This document shows positions 12,779 to 26,759 of a stretch of DNA of 64,000 nt, one piece after another. Made by a program: the position numbers and the translations under genes. The DNA lies in assembly GCF_004010195.1 (NCBI RefSeq), contig NC_057719.1, positions 62,808,085-62,872,084 on the forward strand, given 5' to 3'. Positions within the stretch are counted from its first letter, which is position 1, and every line of letters starts with the position of its first letter. Source of the DNA: Chiloscyllium plagiosum (Eukaryota). The notes under the pieces are model-generated. The model was not told the DNA's origin. It saw only the letters and a program-made list of their open reading frames with translations, and did no database searches.

Positions 12779-14299
12779 TTCTAAAATTATGTCTAACAAA
12801 TTGCACCAAAGCCATCTTTGATTAGGAGTGTGAACCTTTCACCTCTCCCGAGCTTTCTATTCTTCTTGAATGCCTTGGACGCCTCAACACCTAGAACTCA
12901 ATCTTCCTGATTCTGCAGTGAAATCTCTGTCATGGCTATCAGATCAGCTTCATCCACTTCACTGTGTGGTACCCATTCATTAACTTAATGAAGTTAATGC
13001 GTGTTCAGATACAGAGCCTTTAGTTTGTTTTGTTATCGAGCCTTGGTTTCTTGTAGATTATTACTTTTCCTTTCTCCAACCCCTGACCTTCAGTTTCCAT
13101 ATTAGCATTTTGCTGTATAACCTGGACTATATCTCTTTATTTGCTACAGTTACCTGAGCTTGATCACTCCCCTCACCATTTGTTTTTAGTTTAGAGCCCT
13201 CTCTGTTTCCCTAGCTACTCAGTAGTTTTGTTTGACATACGACTTATTTTATGCTACAGTCACAGAATGGACCTTTGAGCCCCTCGAGCCATTCAACTGA
13301 ATAATCTGTAAGTCTTTGATCCACATCCATTGACATCCTTATCAAATAAAAATAATTTGATCTCGTTCCTGTAAATTCCAAATGACTCAGCACTGTGTTG
13401 GAATGGCAGTTCAGGCTGCTGAGTGTTTTGACTCCCTTCTTATTGTGACAATGCTGGAACAACATAACCTACAGATAAATAATGCAATTAGTCATTGTAT
13501 TCTAGCAATAAGTTAATTTTTCCTTTAAACCGGCAGTGATAAAAATGGGCAATTTAGTGATAATGCAACTGTTTAATATTCTTAACAGGAATTCATTACT
13601 AGTTTTGGCTGAAGATTTGGACTGCTGACTGCCAAGTGATTGGTAGCAAATGCAAGTTTTTGCATGAAGAGTTTCCTGTGCCAGTATACAGTATATCCAA
13701 CAGCAGCTTAGCACTAGGCACATAAAACTTCAGTTATCCAGAGAATATCTTTGACATGTGTATCCAACTGAGCAATATCTAGAACTAAATATCCAGTTGC
13801 CTTGGTAACTTAATGGTTTGCACTGTCAGGTGAAGCTATAACCAAGTAGATGGTGGCAAATTAAACTTGCAATAAGAAAATATGGCTATTCTAAACAATT
13901 GACATTGAAAGCCAGCATTTAATTGAAAGGCAAACACAGGCTGCTAAATGGCTTTCTTCCTGTGATGTTACTAGGTTTGCAGGCTTTTTGAAGGTGATAA
14001 CGCTGTGCCTCTTGAATAGTTAATGAAGAAGATGCAGGCAGTTTTTGTTTACAACAGTTTCAAGCAAAACTTCCATTTAAAGAAAAAGAACGGTTAGCAT
14101 TGTCAAAATTCATTTCTGTTGCAGAAATCAATTGTCTTTTGACTTCATAAGTTCATCTCAGTTTGTCATATTTTTCCATACTGGATACCATGACAACAAT
14201 AAACATGACAAACACTCAAATTTTTAATTCAGTGATTTGTAACAATTTCTTACTTAATGAACTATTTCTGGAAGTTGTAGCTTCAACTATTCCATAGTA

Positions 14300-14550
14300 T
14301 TTTTTTATATTAGTCCACAGGATGTGAATGTTGCTAAATGGACCAGCATTTATTGCCCATCCCACCTTGAGGAGGTGGGGATTAGCTGTCTTCTTGAACC
14401 GTACGGTCCAGTTGGTATAGGTAGACACACAGTGCCGTTAAGGAGGGAACTTGAGGATTTTGACGCAGTGGCATTGAAGGAAGAGTCATACGTTTCCAAG
14501 TCAGGATGGTGTTTGGCTTGGAGCGAACTTGCAGGTTGTGGAGTTGGTAT
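14300..14550 (-). mobile_element. LINE 3' end sharing its tail with SINE family 2
   Basis: ccagcatttattgcccatccc tail, also seen at 52575-52600 and in inverse form at 27033-27085 and ~42170-42220. Confidence 0.55.
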
Positions 14551-16106
14551 GCATCTGCCGAATAATAGATGCATGAGTTTTAAACGCATAGGATACATTT
14601 TCTCAACTTGGATAAATGCTAACATCTTTGAGAAATATCAAAGCCTTGTATGGACCATTCCCACCACCTGCTCCTGAAAAGGCCACATGATGACGGCCAC
14701 AAAGGTTTTGAATTATAGAAAGCCCTTCAGCTCTCAACCTACTCTTCCGTTTGTTGATCTGCTTGTCCCCTGACCCTAACCTTCCTGTTTTGCCCCTGAT
14801 GACTCTTGACTCTGTTGTATATCAAAAAATGTACAAATTCAGCCTTAAGTATTTTTGTTAGACCAATCTTTACTGTTCACTGGGGAAGAGAATTCCAAAG
14901 TGTAATGCCAGAGTATAAAAAAAATCCTCCTTATTTCTGTCTTAAATGTGAGATCCTTCATTATTAAGTAGTGCCCCCTATTTCAAGATTCCCCTCAAGT
15001 GGAAATATTTTCTCAGCATGCTCCCTGTCAAGTCCTTCATGATTTAATTTGTTTCAATAAGAAACTCTTTTGATTATTCTCAGTTAAAAATTCATACAGG
15101 CCCAACCTCCTCCATGTTTCTCATGAGATAACCCCTTTATCCCAGGAATTGGCCTTCTCTGAATTGCAATTATGCCTCTCCTTAATAAGGATATCATGAC
15201 AGTACACAGTACTCCAGATATGCCAGGAATAGAGACTTCTTTAACTGGGAATTCCTGCTGTTTAGCTCATGAAGATAAAAGCAACCTGGGATCCTGAGAC
15301 AGATCATGTATCAACATCGAGAGTGACCCTCTGGGTTTCACTGAGAAGAGAGGAACACACGGTTCTAGAAGTTGACTAACTTCCCAAAACTGAGAGCATT
15401 CTTGTATGAGCCATTTTACACAAGGCTTGAGGAGGTTGAAAGTGGAATCGTTGGAAGAGTCGGATCTGCCTGCTTCGCCGATGGGTACTGGAGCTTTTGG
15501 CAATAAAAGATCAGTAGATCCCTGAAGTGGTGTCAATCCCATGTTAGTGACGTGCTTCGATGACCATACAGACAGAGCCAATGCTGTTGGGAGCAAATGG
15601 CCTAGCTCATGACATAAGTGTTCAATTTCATCCTGGTCCTGATCTAATATGGGACTCAACTGCGATGCTTTCAGTTCAATTTAGGTTCACCAGGAAATTC
15701 ATCTCTTGGATAAACATACTGGTGTCAACAGGAGCTCATAGTTGGAAACACCATCAGCACTTCTACTGGGGGAAGCTATCTACGTAGCTGCAGATGCCAA
15801 CTGCTCATTAGAAAGCTTTATTTTGTGCCAAATGGCATGGTTTTCAGGGAGAGATAATGTTCCAGTTTTCTCATGAAAATGATCAGAGATGCTAATCGAT
15901 GCAATGATTAAGAGGTTCTTGAGATGAGTCTCCACATTCTCATGTGTAGCAGCAGTCCCACACCAGCTGTCATTTGTTTTGCTGTACTATGTATTACATG
16001 TTAAAAAGAAGTCTCAAGTGATTCATAAGCCAGTGGAAACATCGTATGTCGATCAGGCAGGAGAAGAAATTAAAATGCACAATTGCAGTTCTGTGATGAG
16101 ATAAAC

Positions 16107-18690
16107 CATAGAATCATTTTACAGTGCAGGAGGAGGCTATTCAGCCCATTCATGCCTGTACCTGCTTCCAATAAAGCTACCCAGCTACTTCTATTCTACA
16201 GCCCTACCTCCAGAGTCCTCTAATTTCATCACTTCCAGATATATATTTGAAATCTCTTTTGAAATGCTGGATCGAATCCACCTCCATCACTTTTCCAGGC
16301 ATCACGTTCCAAATCCTAACAACTCTCTGATTAAAGAAGTTTCTCCACATCACACTCCTAGCTCTCTTGCTGGCAATCTTGAAATTGTGAGTCCAAGTTA
16401 CTGACATATCAACTAGTGGGAAACAAAATATTCTCTTTGTCCCTGTCAAAATTGTTCATAATTTTGAACACATCAATAAAGTCTCACTTTAAACTTCTCT
16501 AAGGAGAATATAAGCCCACTTTCCCTAATCTTTCATTGTATCTAAAATCCCTCATTTTTGGTATCATATTAGTAACTACCTTTTGCACTATCTTGAGGGC
16601 TTTAACATCCTTTCTTCACAATGTGGTCTGACCAATGATTTGTAGAGGTGTAGCATTACTTGCTTGCTTTTATATTCTAAGCTTCTGTTTATAAACCCAA
16701 GGCTCTAATAAGCCTTTTTAACGAGTGTTTCAACTTGCCTGGCCACCTTCAGAGAATTATACACTTGAACCCCAAGGTTCTCTTCTCCTGCACTCCCTTC
16801 AAAGTAGTGACATTGAGTTTATATTGTCTCTTCATGTTTCTTCTACCAAAATGTTTTACCTCACATTTCTCTGCATTGAAATTTATCTGCTAGTGTCTGC
16901 ACATTTGACCAGCTTGTCAGTGTCTCTTTACAGTTGCTCAATGTCATCCTCACAATTCACTATTCTTACTGACTTAGTATCATTTGCAAGTTTAGAGATT
17001 TTGTTCTCAACACCCATTTCCAAATCATTTATAGAAATCTGAAAAAGCAAGGGTCCCAGCACCAATCTCTGGGAAGCACCCCTTTCAACTCGTCTCGGTC
17101 TCAGAAATGCCCATCTCTATCTACCCTTTGTTTCCTATCTTTTAGCCAAATTCTAATCCACGCTGCCAAGGACCCAGCAATCCTAAATTGCTCCAATCTG
17201 CCATGTGTCACTGTATCAAATGGTTTCTGAGAGTCCAGATATGCAAGATCCTCAGCACTATCCTCAGTCACTGTGTGTGTCACCTCATCAAAGAACTCAG
17301 TTAAATTTGTCAGACATGACCTGCCATTGACAATGGCATGCTGACTGTCCAGCATAAAGTGTGTATTTATCTTATCCCATAGTGCAGCCTCCATTGTTTT
17401 TCCCACTGCTGCGATAGGTCTGGAGTTTCCTTGATTTGATTTGATTTATTATTGTCACATGTACCACGATAGAGTGAAAAGTATCTTGTGTGCTAATCAG
17501 ACAAGTTATACATTACAGAAGTACATCAAGATAATAGAACAGAATACAGAATATAGTGTTACAGCTACAGAGAAGGTGCAGAGAAAAATCCACTCTAATG
17601 TTCATAAGACTGTTCATAAGTCTGATAACAGCAGGGAAGGAGCTGATCCTTAATCCGTCACTACGTGTCTTCAAACTTTTGTATCGTCTGCCTGAGAGAA
17701 GAGGGTGAGGTAGAGTATAACTGGGGTGGGAAGGGTCTTTGATGATGTTGGTTGCTTTCCCAAGGCAGTGAGAAGTATAGATGGAGCCAGTGGATGGAAG
17801 GCTGGTTTGCGTGATGGACTGGGCTGTGTTCGCAACTCTTTGTAATTTCTTACAGTCTTGGGCAGAGCAGTTGCTGTACCAAGCTGTGATGCTTCCAGGT
17901 AGGATGCGTTCTGTGGTGCATTTATAAAAATTGATCAGAATCACTGGGGGCATACCGAATTTCCTTACCCTCCTGAGGAGAAACCATCCAGTGCCCTGGG
18001 ACTAATCTTGTGTCCAGAGAGACCTGGAAAATATCTGTCACCTGCTCCGCAATTCACTCCCTTGCCCCTCATAGCAATTTAGGATGCGTCCCAACCAGGC
18101 TTGGTAACTTCTCTACCAGGAACGCTGCCAGCATATTGAGCACCTCTCCTTTATGTATCATGACACTGTTCAATTGCTCAACAACTACATTATCAACTGG
18201 GCCATTATCATTGTCTTCTTATTTAGTAAAGACAGATGCTAAGTATTCATTTAGTACCACAGTCATATCCTTTGCTTGGCTATTTTCTTTCCTATTAAGA
18301 TGTTGAAGAACTTCTTACCATTTGTTTTCATGGAGCCTGCTGTCCTTTCCTCAGCCTGCCTTATTCCAGCCAAAGCCTCTCTGCTGCATTTGAGATCCAT
18401 TCCTTGATTTCTATTGCTAATATTACTCCAATATGCATCTCGTACCTCCTTTCTCTTCCTTACTTTTTCATCAATATCTTTATTTGTACAAGGTCCTCTC
18501 ACTTTCCATGCTCCATATTTATTTCTCAAGGGTATGTGTCTAGCTTGCAGCCTCTCTCTTTTGGAAGTCTCCCATTTTATATTCACTGGTTTATCTACCA
18601 AAGTGCATTTCCATCAGCCTGCTCCAGTTCAACATGTAGACCCCTAAAATCTGCCCCGTTCCAGTCTGAGGTCTTAATCCTGAACTGATT
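16107..18690 (-). mobile_element. CR1 LINE, degraded, interrupted by a Rex1-like element
   Basis: SQHAIVNGRSCLTNLTEFFDEVT..YLDSQKPFDTVTHGRL (17101-17406) and RNFFNQRVVRIWN (16204-16449); continues upstream at 17983-18690. Confidence 0.85.
17431..17980 (-). mobile_element. Rex1/Babar-like LINE 3' end
   Basis: NFYKCTTERILPGSITAWYSN..LQRVANTAQSIT, homologous to the 5087-5952 copy; (ATCAA)n tail. Confidence 0.85.
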
Positions 18691-19077
18691 TTTTAAAAGT
18701 CCTTTTCAATGTGCATTATCATAGCAGAGGTTTTTCTATAGCTGGCTGTTACATTTCCTTGATGTTACTGAGGAACCAAATGGAATCGTCCGTATGGCTT
18801 GTCAATATTGGCATTTCTCTGGAGAATACTTTCAAGCTGATCAATTAAACACATGAGTGCAATGCAACGAGTGACTAGTTGCTTTGATTGCTAGACAAGT
18901 GTTACTTGCTGGAGTGCGAACATCGATGTTCATCTCAGAACTTCAGAGGACTTGGTTCCTGCTTCACTTCCCAGTGCAGATCCCTCTGGGTCACTAACTA
19001 ACCACATCCTGTCAATGTGAGGACCTGTTCAACCAACATACTTTTGATGTCTCCTGCTATTCACCCAATTTCTTGAC

Positions 19078-19576
19078 CATAGAGTCAGAGAGATGTACAG
19101 CACGGAAACCGACCCTTCAGTCCAACTCGTCCATGCCAACCAGCCATCCTAATCTAATCTCGTCCCATTTGCCAGCATTTGGCCCACATCTCTCCAAACC
19201 CTTCCTATTCATATACTCATCCAGATGTCTTTTTAAATGTTGTCATTGTACCAGCCTCTACCACTTCCTCTGACAGCTCATTTCATGCAGTCACCTTCCT
19301 CTGCATACAAAAATTGCCCCTTAGGTCTCTTTTATATCTTTCCCCTCTCACCGTAAACCAATGTCCTCCAGTTCAGGACTCCCCCACACCAGGGAAAAGA
19401 CTTTGTCTATTTATCCTATCCATGCCCCTCATGATTTTATAAATCTCTATAAGGTCACCCCTCAGCCTCTGACGCTGCAGGGAAAACAGCCCCAGCCTAT
19501 TCAACCTCTCCCTATAGCTCAAATCCTCTAACTCTGGCAACATCCTTGTAAGTCTTTTCTGAACCCTTTGAAGTTT
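19078..19576 (-). mobile_element. CR1 (HER1-like) 3' end
   Basis: Reverse-complement similarity to 30310-30805. Confidence 0.88.
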
Positions 19577-19664
19577 TGGTCCAATACTTTCTATTCAACT
19601 CCATGGTTTTAACTTCAGGTAACTGTCTTTTGTAAAGATCTTATTGATACCTTCCAGACAGTTC

Positions 19665-19945
19665 AAGGCAGAGTGGTTATATCACAAAGCATTACTTCAA
19701 ATCTTAATGTAGAAGCTGATGGGATTGACATAATCCATCTGAAACATAAAGCAACTGTCAGTTATGATGACTGTGAAACGATAGTCAATTGTAGAAATCT
19801 ATCTGCTTTTTCTGGAAGAGAATTTGTCATCCCTACTTGGTTTGGCCTTGTATCGTCCAGACCAAAAACAATGGGACTGACTCATAACTGCCTTCTGAAA
19901 CAGCTTTGCAAGGCTCTATTCAAGGGTAGTTAGGAATGGGCAACC
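19665..19945 (+). mobile_element. tRNA-derived SINE family 2, degraded
   Basis: Similar to 23855-24815, 26760-27085 and 52535-52887. Confidence 0.55.
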
Positions 19946-20931
19946 AAACTCTTCCGTTCTGTGAAAATATGTAAAAGAATCTCCACTGCAACCTATCGAC
20001 AGAATAGCAGTGCACTCGCTTATCTTTTTAATAATATGAAGTACAGTCAGAGCAATGATTTGGGTATGGATGTAAAGAATTACTTCAGGAGTGGAAATGT
20101 ATAATCCAAACCTGAATGATTACACCATAAGCCTGCATTTGATAAATGGTTGAATATTACAGCGATGCGCTGAGAATACCTTGGTTCTGAGTTTTTTTTT
20201 AATTTAAAAAGGACATTTTATTGCACTTTTTGTTGCAAGCACACCGTAATAATCTAAGTATGGTTCAGAATGTTTTCCTGAAATGTAAGGGAAGCAATAT
20301 TGGGGCTTTTATAAATTTACTCAGATTTTAACTACCTGTCCTCCTATTTTATAAGGTTCCCATCGGACTGTTGGTGAATTGTTAAATGTTCTGGGGAGAT
20401 GTTTGTCAGTCTGCAATGCTGTTTTAAGTAACAAATATGTAGAAATTGAGCTAATTACAAATTGCCATAAATGGGGGAGACTATGTAATCTGTAAATGAA
20501 CTCTTGGCCGCTGGTGAGTCCTCAGCCGTGCTACCTCAAGCCTTTCTCTGGACTCATCAAATGTTGCAAATTTGGAGTAAATCATCCCTGAAACAGACCA
20601 AACCAAACTTCATATGGACCAATCAACTACAATGTTTTCCCAAAAGAGGTGGTTTGCAACATAGTTTGGAAGTGTAATTTTTTAGGATCCCCCTGTGTTG
20701 TGGGATTGTCTGCAGGAGTTAATCGGGTACAGTGACCAGAAAGTGGGAAAGCTAATTATATTAAACTTTAAGTTTACATGCACAGTTTTTTTTTCCAGGA
20801 TATCTTTGCCAGTGAAACTAAGGTTTAATTTAAACAGTCACAGCCCCATTTACTGTAAACTCCTCACAGAAGAAAAAGCCTGTGTATCTGGAAAGCACTG
20901 TATCATGACCTGCTGTGCACTGCAATTCATA

Positions 20932-21045
20932 GTTGAAACTTTATTGCTGGAACAGCACAGCAGGTCAGGCAGCATCCAGGGAACAGGAGATTCGACGTTT
21001 CGGGCACAGGCTTTGATCTCCAGCATCTGCAGACCTCACTTTCTC
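20932..21045. mobile_element. Mini Penelope terminal remnant with internal strand switch
   Basis: Perfect TSD CACTGCAATTCATA at 20918-20931 and 21046-21059; a - arm (..gattcgacgtttcgggc) is joined to a + terminus (gatctccagcatctgcagacctcactttctc). Confidence 0.8.
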
Positions 21046-22881
21046 CACTGCAATTCATACCATTGGTAAGAGTGTCAAATCTCTCCAGAGACTGTAGACC
21101 TTTTCCCCTCCCACCATCTGATATGTTAAGCATGACCAATATCTCTAACAGTGTACACTGTTCTTCTGTTTTTTCTGTGTGATTGAACTATTCCGTCTTG
21201 TACAGACTTAAATTCCAAGTCAGCAGTCATGACTGATGTGGAACGCCATTAAGTAGAACTGAGATGAAAGGTTGCTTCACATTTTGGGAGCATTCACTAT
21301 GAGATACTTTTGAAACAGAGCTGGATGCTGAAGCTGCTCACTTTGATATGATTTCCCAAGGCGGTGTTAATAAGGTATGTTGCACAGCGGGTGCAGTCAG
21401 CCATTCATTCATATCTGGTGCAGACTGTCATGTGCCTATCTCTCTGCCAGTTTCTGGACATCTGTGCAATGAGCAGGACCCACTTCATAAGGAGCCAGCG
21501 CTAGATTGGCAAGCAAGTTTCATTAGCTGCCAGGCCTGATGACTCACTTTGAATTTGAATGGAAGGTGAACGTAATTCGATAAATAGCTTGGTCTCTAAG
21601 TGGAGCTTGAATGTCGATGGATGAAAGAGCTGATATTCCTTTCCCCCTTAAGAGCCACGCACATGGAACGCCCAGTCACAGAAATTGAAGAGGGCAGCAG
21701 CAGGATCTCTGCAAGCTTTGACCTTGGCAATCTCAATAACTGTACCTCATCTTACAAAATGTTGTAACCTTCTCATTGGTAGCAGGCCAAAGCACCAACA
21801 TAATGGCTGGGATCACAGTCCACGGCCAGGTCTGTGTGTGAATGTTTTATGGGCTTGAGCCCCCAAACTGGCAGAGGAGAGGACGTGGCTGAGGGGGAGG
21901 TGGTGTAGTGTTCTATTATCAGTGTTTGAGGGATCTTTCCACAATAGGGATAAAGGAAGAGTTAGCACAGTCCAGTGGTGGAATTATTCCACTGCATGGG
22001 AGATCCAAGGCGCCTCTGTAAGGCTCAGTAGAGCACCCTTCGGCTTTGTTCTTGGCCCACGATGTGGTTTCCAAGAGGTTTTGGCCTCTTGGCAAAGCCA
22101 ATACTCAGCCTGAAACAGTCACCTAGGTCTTTTTTTGGGAATGGCTCCTGTTGACATTGATCACTGCCTACTTAAATTAGGACACTGATTCCTTCCTGCA
22201 GGTGCCCTTATTATCTGCTCAAAAGAGTAGGTTAACATTAGATTGCACTGATAAAATAACCTTCTCTAATCTGGTTGCTTAATCAACCCCTCCAACAATT
22301 TTCTACCAGATAGGGGCAAATAAACTAGAGCCTTGATGTTCACAAAGGGCATAGACCATACCTGGATTGTAAGGTCACACTGCATACATTTTCATTTACA
22401 GATGTTTCAAAGTCTATGAAAACTTTCTTGCTACAAAATGTATCAAACACAGCTGCAAATTTGGGATGAGGTTTGGTCTTCCTCTTGAACTCTGTGGGAA
22501 AATGCTGCTTTCCAACTGCCTTCCTGAATGGCCTATCTCTGCTGTTAAGACTGCATTCACTTAGCAAGAAATGACCAGAGTTGGAAGAATGGAGATGTCG
22601 AGTGGTTAGAGGGCTGAGAGACATGGTCCACAAAGTGGCTCGAGGATGAGTTTCAGCATTGTAAATTTGAGGTATTGGAGAACCAGTGTCACAGGACAGG
22701 ATATTGGTCTGGGTTAGGATATGAGCTGCTGAATTGTGGTGAGCAGAGGTTTACAGAAGTTAATGGATGCATGGCCTTTGAGGAAACCATTGGAATAGGC
22801 AAATCTGGCGATAGTATACGAATGACTAAGCATTTCAACAGCAGGTGATGAAAGCAGGCAATGTTGAGAAGGTTTCCATAG

Positions 22882-23198
22882 TGGGCAGCACGTTGGCTCA
22901 GTGAGTAGCACTGCTGCCTCACAGCACCAAGGACCTAGGTTCAATTCCGGGCATCTGTGTGTGTGGAGTTTGCACATTCTCTGCGTGGGTTTCCTCCCGG
23001 TGCTCCGGTTTACTCCTTCCAAAGGTTTGGTGAATTGGCTAAATTGTGCAGAGCATTCAGGGATGTGTAGGTTACATGCATTAGTCAGGGAAAAATGTGC
23101 AGTAATAGGGGAATGGGTTTGGGTGGGATACTCTTCAGAGGGTCAGTGTGGACTTGCTGGGCCGAAGGGCATGTCGGAATTCGAATTCTAATTCTAAA
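22882..23198 (+). mobile_element. HE1-like SINE inserted in an old LINE-like fragment (~22570-23800)
   Basis: tRNA head gggcagcacgttggctcagtg..ggttcaattccgg; (AATTCT)n tail. Confidence 0.82.
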
Positions 23199-24085
23199 AC
23201 TTATCTCATTGACATAGAGAATATGAAGTTAGAAGTATACTTCATGGTCAAGCACTGCACCAAGATTGCAAACAGCCTGGTTTAACTTGCTCGAGTGGCT
23301 GGTGATGGAGCTGGACTTAATGAGAAAGGTATACAGTTTGTGAAGGCGACCAAAGTTGATGTCTTATTCACGAACAGATGTCCAATAAGCAACCTGAGAG
23401 CACAACAGCAGGAAAAGGATCAAGGGAGATGGTGAAGTGAGAGTCTGAGATATCATCAGCGTACGCTCTCATGATGCTTCAGAAGGTCCAGGAAAACAGC
23501 CAATTGAGGTTGTGCCACTGGGCTGAGGAGAGACATGGAGAAGATAGGATTCCAATAAGCAGACCAGAGGTTGAAGACACCTTGAGGAAGCCAAGAAAGG
23601 CAAACATTCCATCGCCAAAGTCACAGCATGCTGTTTTTGATTAATTGGGAGTGTTTCAGTGTTATGCAGGAGAAGGGAAAGGAGAGCTTTCAAATGTAAA
23701 TCTAAAGCAATTATGAAAGGTACTTTAGGATATGAATAACAAGCTTGACTTTGAATAGAAAAGAGGGGTTAAAAATCCGCTGTTTGCTTTTGAGGAGAGG
23801 TATTAGTAAGAAGTGGCATGGTACCTGAAGAGATGAAACTATCATTTGGGAGGTGTTGGCACAGTGCTAATGTCACTGGATGAGTAACCCAGAGGCCTCG
23901 GCTAATGGGTCATGGGTTCAAAGTCCCCCCCCCCATGGCAACTGGTCAAATTGAAATGAATTCATAAATATCTTGATTTTTAAAATAAACAAATGAACTG
24001 CAGATGCTGAAAATCAGAAACAAAAAGAGAAATTGCTGGAAAAAGTCAGCAGGTCTGCCAGCATCTATAGAGAGAAATCAGAGTT

Positions 24086-24469
24086 TGCTGGATGTAGGTT
24101 TGCTCGCTGAGCTGGAAGGTTCATTTTCAGATATTTCATCACCATACTAGGTAACGTCTTCAGTGCGCCTCTGGACGAAGTACTGCTGATATTTCCTGCT
24201 TCCTATTTATATGTTTGAGTTTCTTTGGGTTGGTGATGTCATTTCCTATGGTGATGACATTTCCTGTTCTTTTTCTCAGGGGGTGGTAAATGGTGTCCAA
24301 GCCAAACCCAAACATATAAATAGAAAGCAGGAAACATCTGCAGTCCGGAGGCTCACTGAAGATGTTACCTAGTATGGTGACGAAACGTCTGAAAATGAAC
24401 CTTCCACCTCAGCGGGCAAATTTACATCCAGAATCTCAACCTGAGCTACAAATCTTCTCAAAATTCGCT
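24086..24469 (+). mobile_element. Penelope-like fold-back element related to 8512-9257
   Basis: TSD AATCAGAGTT at 24076-24085 and 24470-24479; shares the ctcaacctgagctacaaa terminus with the 8512-9257 element. Confidence 0.85.
24353..24392 (+). ncRNA. Minimal type I hammerhead motif
   Basis: TCA-CTGAAGA-T-GTTACC-TAGTAT-GGTGAC-GAAAC-GTC-TGA. Stem I TCA/TGA covaries with CCA/TGG in the 9142 copy. Confidence 0.75.
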
Positions 24470-24820
24470 AATCAGAGTTCACGTTTCAAGTCAAGTGATC
24501 CTTTCTCAAAACCCATTCTGAGAAGGGTCCCTGGACCTGAAATGTTAACTCTGCTTTCTCTTCATAGGTGCTGCCAGACCTTCCGATCTTTTCCAGCACT
24601 TTCTGTTCTTGTTAATAAAAAAAACTAGAACTGAAAGATTATTTCAGTAACACTGGCAATGAAGCTATCATTAATTATTGCAAAAAACCTCATCTGATTC
24701 ATTAATGTCCTTTAGAGGTGGAAATCTAGTATTCTTATCACACCTGGCCCTACATACGATTCCAGACCCACAGTCATGTCGTTGACTTTTAACTGCCTTG
24801 TGAAATGGCTGAACAAAGTG

Positions 24821-25322
24821 CAGTAAACTTTGTTTTAACTGGCACTTCTTTGTGAACTGGCCCCCTCAATAAATTGGTCAAAGTTATCTATCTCAAATAC
24901 AGTACTGTGAAGTTTACGATGTTATTCTGATCAATTATTATAGTTTTTAATTTACATATCTCAATACAAGTATACTTGTTGTTCAATCAAATGGCCACAC
25001 GCATTATCAACAGTTGATTCAGTTTCAAGTCAATTTATCCTCAAATCCCAAGATCCATTGTGATGTCTGAGTCGTCAGTTGAGGGTGTGTGTGAGAGGGT
25101 TCTCTGCCATGAAGTTTTATTTTGGGCAAAGTTGCATTACTATTTAAGTGATGCATGCTGAAAGTAAAGCATAACTGTAATGTGTACATCCCATGCATTA
25201 TGGTTTTATTACTTAATGTGTGTTTTTATGTTAATTATTTGGACCTCTTGATTATCTGGAATATTTGATCAATTGGCAAATTCCTAGTCCCATGGCTGTT
25301 GGTTAATAAAACATTTGCTATA
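24821..25322. mobile_element. Possible Tigger/pogo-like MITE
   Basis: Starts cagtaaac..ttaactggcac; the right end is a degenerate inverted version of this; AT-rich interior. Confidence 0.4.
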
Positions 25323-25376
25323 TTCTTTCAGTAATGGGTCAGAAATCCCATGAAGGACTATTTTCTTTTAAAAATC

Positions 25377-25934
25377 TGTCAGGGACCACAGAAAGAAGTT
25401 GTTAAGATCTCAGCTGATGTTAATGCTGAACAGATAGGATCCCAAATTGAAACCAGGCTTGATAGACCATAAGTTTTATTTTTGCAATTTGTCGACAGTC
25501 TTGAACAGTCACTGAACATATTCATGAGAGGCTGCCAATCTCCTGTTCATCAAAGAACATTTATTCCACACAAAAGGGGGAAAAATGCACAAACTATTTT
25601 ACATGGTTCAAGAAATATTTAAAATAGTCTCATAAACTTCAGAAATGCTGATTTAACTCTATAACCATCAATAGCAACCTTACAGAGCTCAAACCTCAGT
25701 TAACTTATCCCCCGTTTACAGTTCCTTGTTCAGTTGGCATTGTTGTAATTGGTTTCTGGAGATTTCTTCTTTGTGACCTCTCAACACTTTCAAAGCAAAC
25801 ACATGGGTTTTCCATACCATCAGCTTCCAGCAGTTTTCTGCTTCTGGTGTTTTCTTTTCCCTAGTCTTAGTTTGGAGACTGCTAAACTAACAACAGCTTT
25901 TCACTTTTCCTGAACCACCACACACTGCCTGACA
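25377..25934 (-). mobile_element. Possible solo LTR
   Basis: TGTCAGG..CCTGACA inverted termini and AATAAA on the - strand; no TSD found. Confidence 0.3.
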
Positions 25935-25982
25935 TGGTGGATTGTTCAGGTCTTCCCACTTTAAAAGCCATCTTTCCAAATG

Positions 25983-26078
25983 AGGTGGAGGTGCTGGTGT
26001 TGGACTGTTGGACTCTGAAAGCTAGTAGTTCCAATAAACCTGTTGGACCATAAACTGGTGTTTTGTGATTTTTAACTT
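25983..26078. mobile_element. Mini Penelope remnant of the 45716-47414 family
   Basis: TSD TTTCCAAATG at 25973-25982 and 26079-26088; ggaggtgctggtgttggac joined to ctctgaaagctagt..gtgatttttaac. Confidence 0.75.
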
Positions 26079-26759
26079 TTTCCAAATGCAAATAGTGCGA
26101 TGTCATGAGCCTTTATGACACCGTACTTTCGTAAAGCTGAAGGCAAGTTGAAGCAAAGGAGGGCTTGAAGGAAAATAAGAAGGAAACTAGACCAAGGTTT
26201 CATATTAGGCCACGAAGAAGATTAGGGAGGCTTTAGACTTATACAGCCAAAGAGGGAAGCATGTGGCAGAGTTGAGTGATGGGTCACCTTTGCCTTCGTT
26301 ACAAGAAGACTCATGAGTTCCTCAAATTTGTTATTGGAGGTGAGGGTGTTCCTGTCATAATCACATGTTTTACAGAGGAGAACAAAACCTGATGATGCAT
26401 GATGTGACCCAGTCACATCTGGTGATGGATAGCTAAATCACGTGCATCAGAGATGCTCAAGTCTGAAACCTTTATGCTTTAGGAACTGGGAGGTAGCTTG
26501 GATCCATGCTGGGATTGCACTGGTTTCTAAGTTCACAACAGATTTTATTTACGGTTCTTTAAATAGCAACTCCAAGCTTCAGCTCTGGTGTCCAGCTCTT
26601 TCTGTAATGTGTTTGTTTTTTGCTGAGTCCACCCATTGAGTTAACCAATCAAGCACAGTGTTTTATGTGTGTCTGGAAAGACCTAAAAGAGTTGGTACTT
26701 GATTGAGATGGAAGTGGAAAATTTACTTGGAGGGAGAGAAGTGATGACAGATGAGAGGG

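Larger units (their letters stand above)
10430..13220 (-). mobile_element. Old fragmented CR1 LINE interrupted by younger insertions
   Basis: CR1 endonuclease-like remnant TRELAIIDLV..LGNSNHMIE..FNLNKGN (12199-12384) and RT-like pieces near 10470-10740. Confidence 0.65.
23985..24613. mobile_element. Fold-back Penelope terminal remnant (host of the nested element)
   Basis: Arms ctgcagatgctg..gctggaaaaagtcagcaggtctgccagcatc and gctgccagacc..ttttccagcactttctg; decayed hammerhead-like ctgagaagggtccctggacctgaaatgtt at ~24518-24546. Confidence 0.7.
23855..24815 (+). mobile_element. SINE family 2 split by nested Penelope insertions
   Basis: Head at 23855-23975 and body at 24615-24815 are colinear with the uninterrupted copy at 26760-27085. 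Confidence 0.7.
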
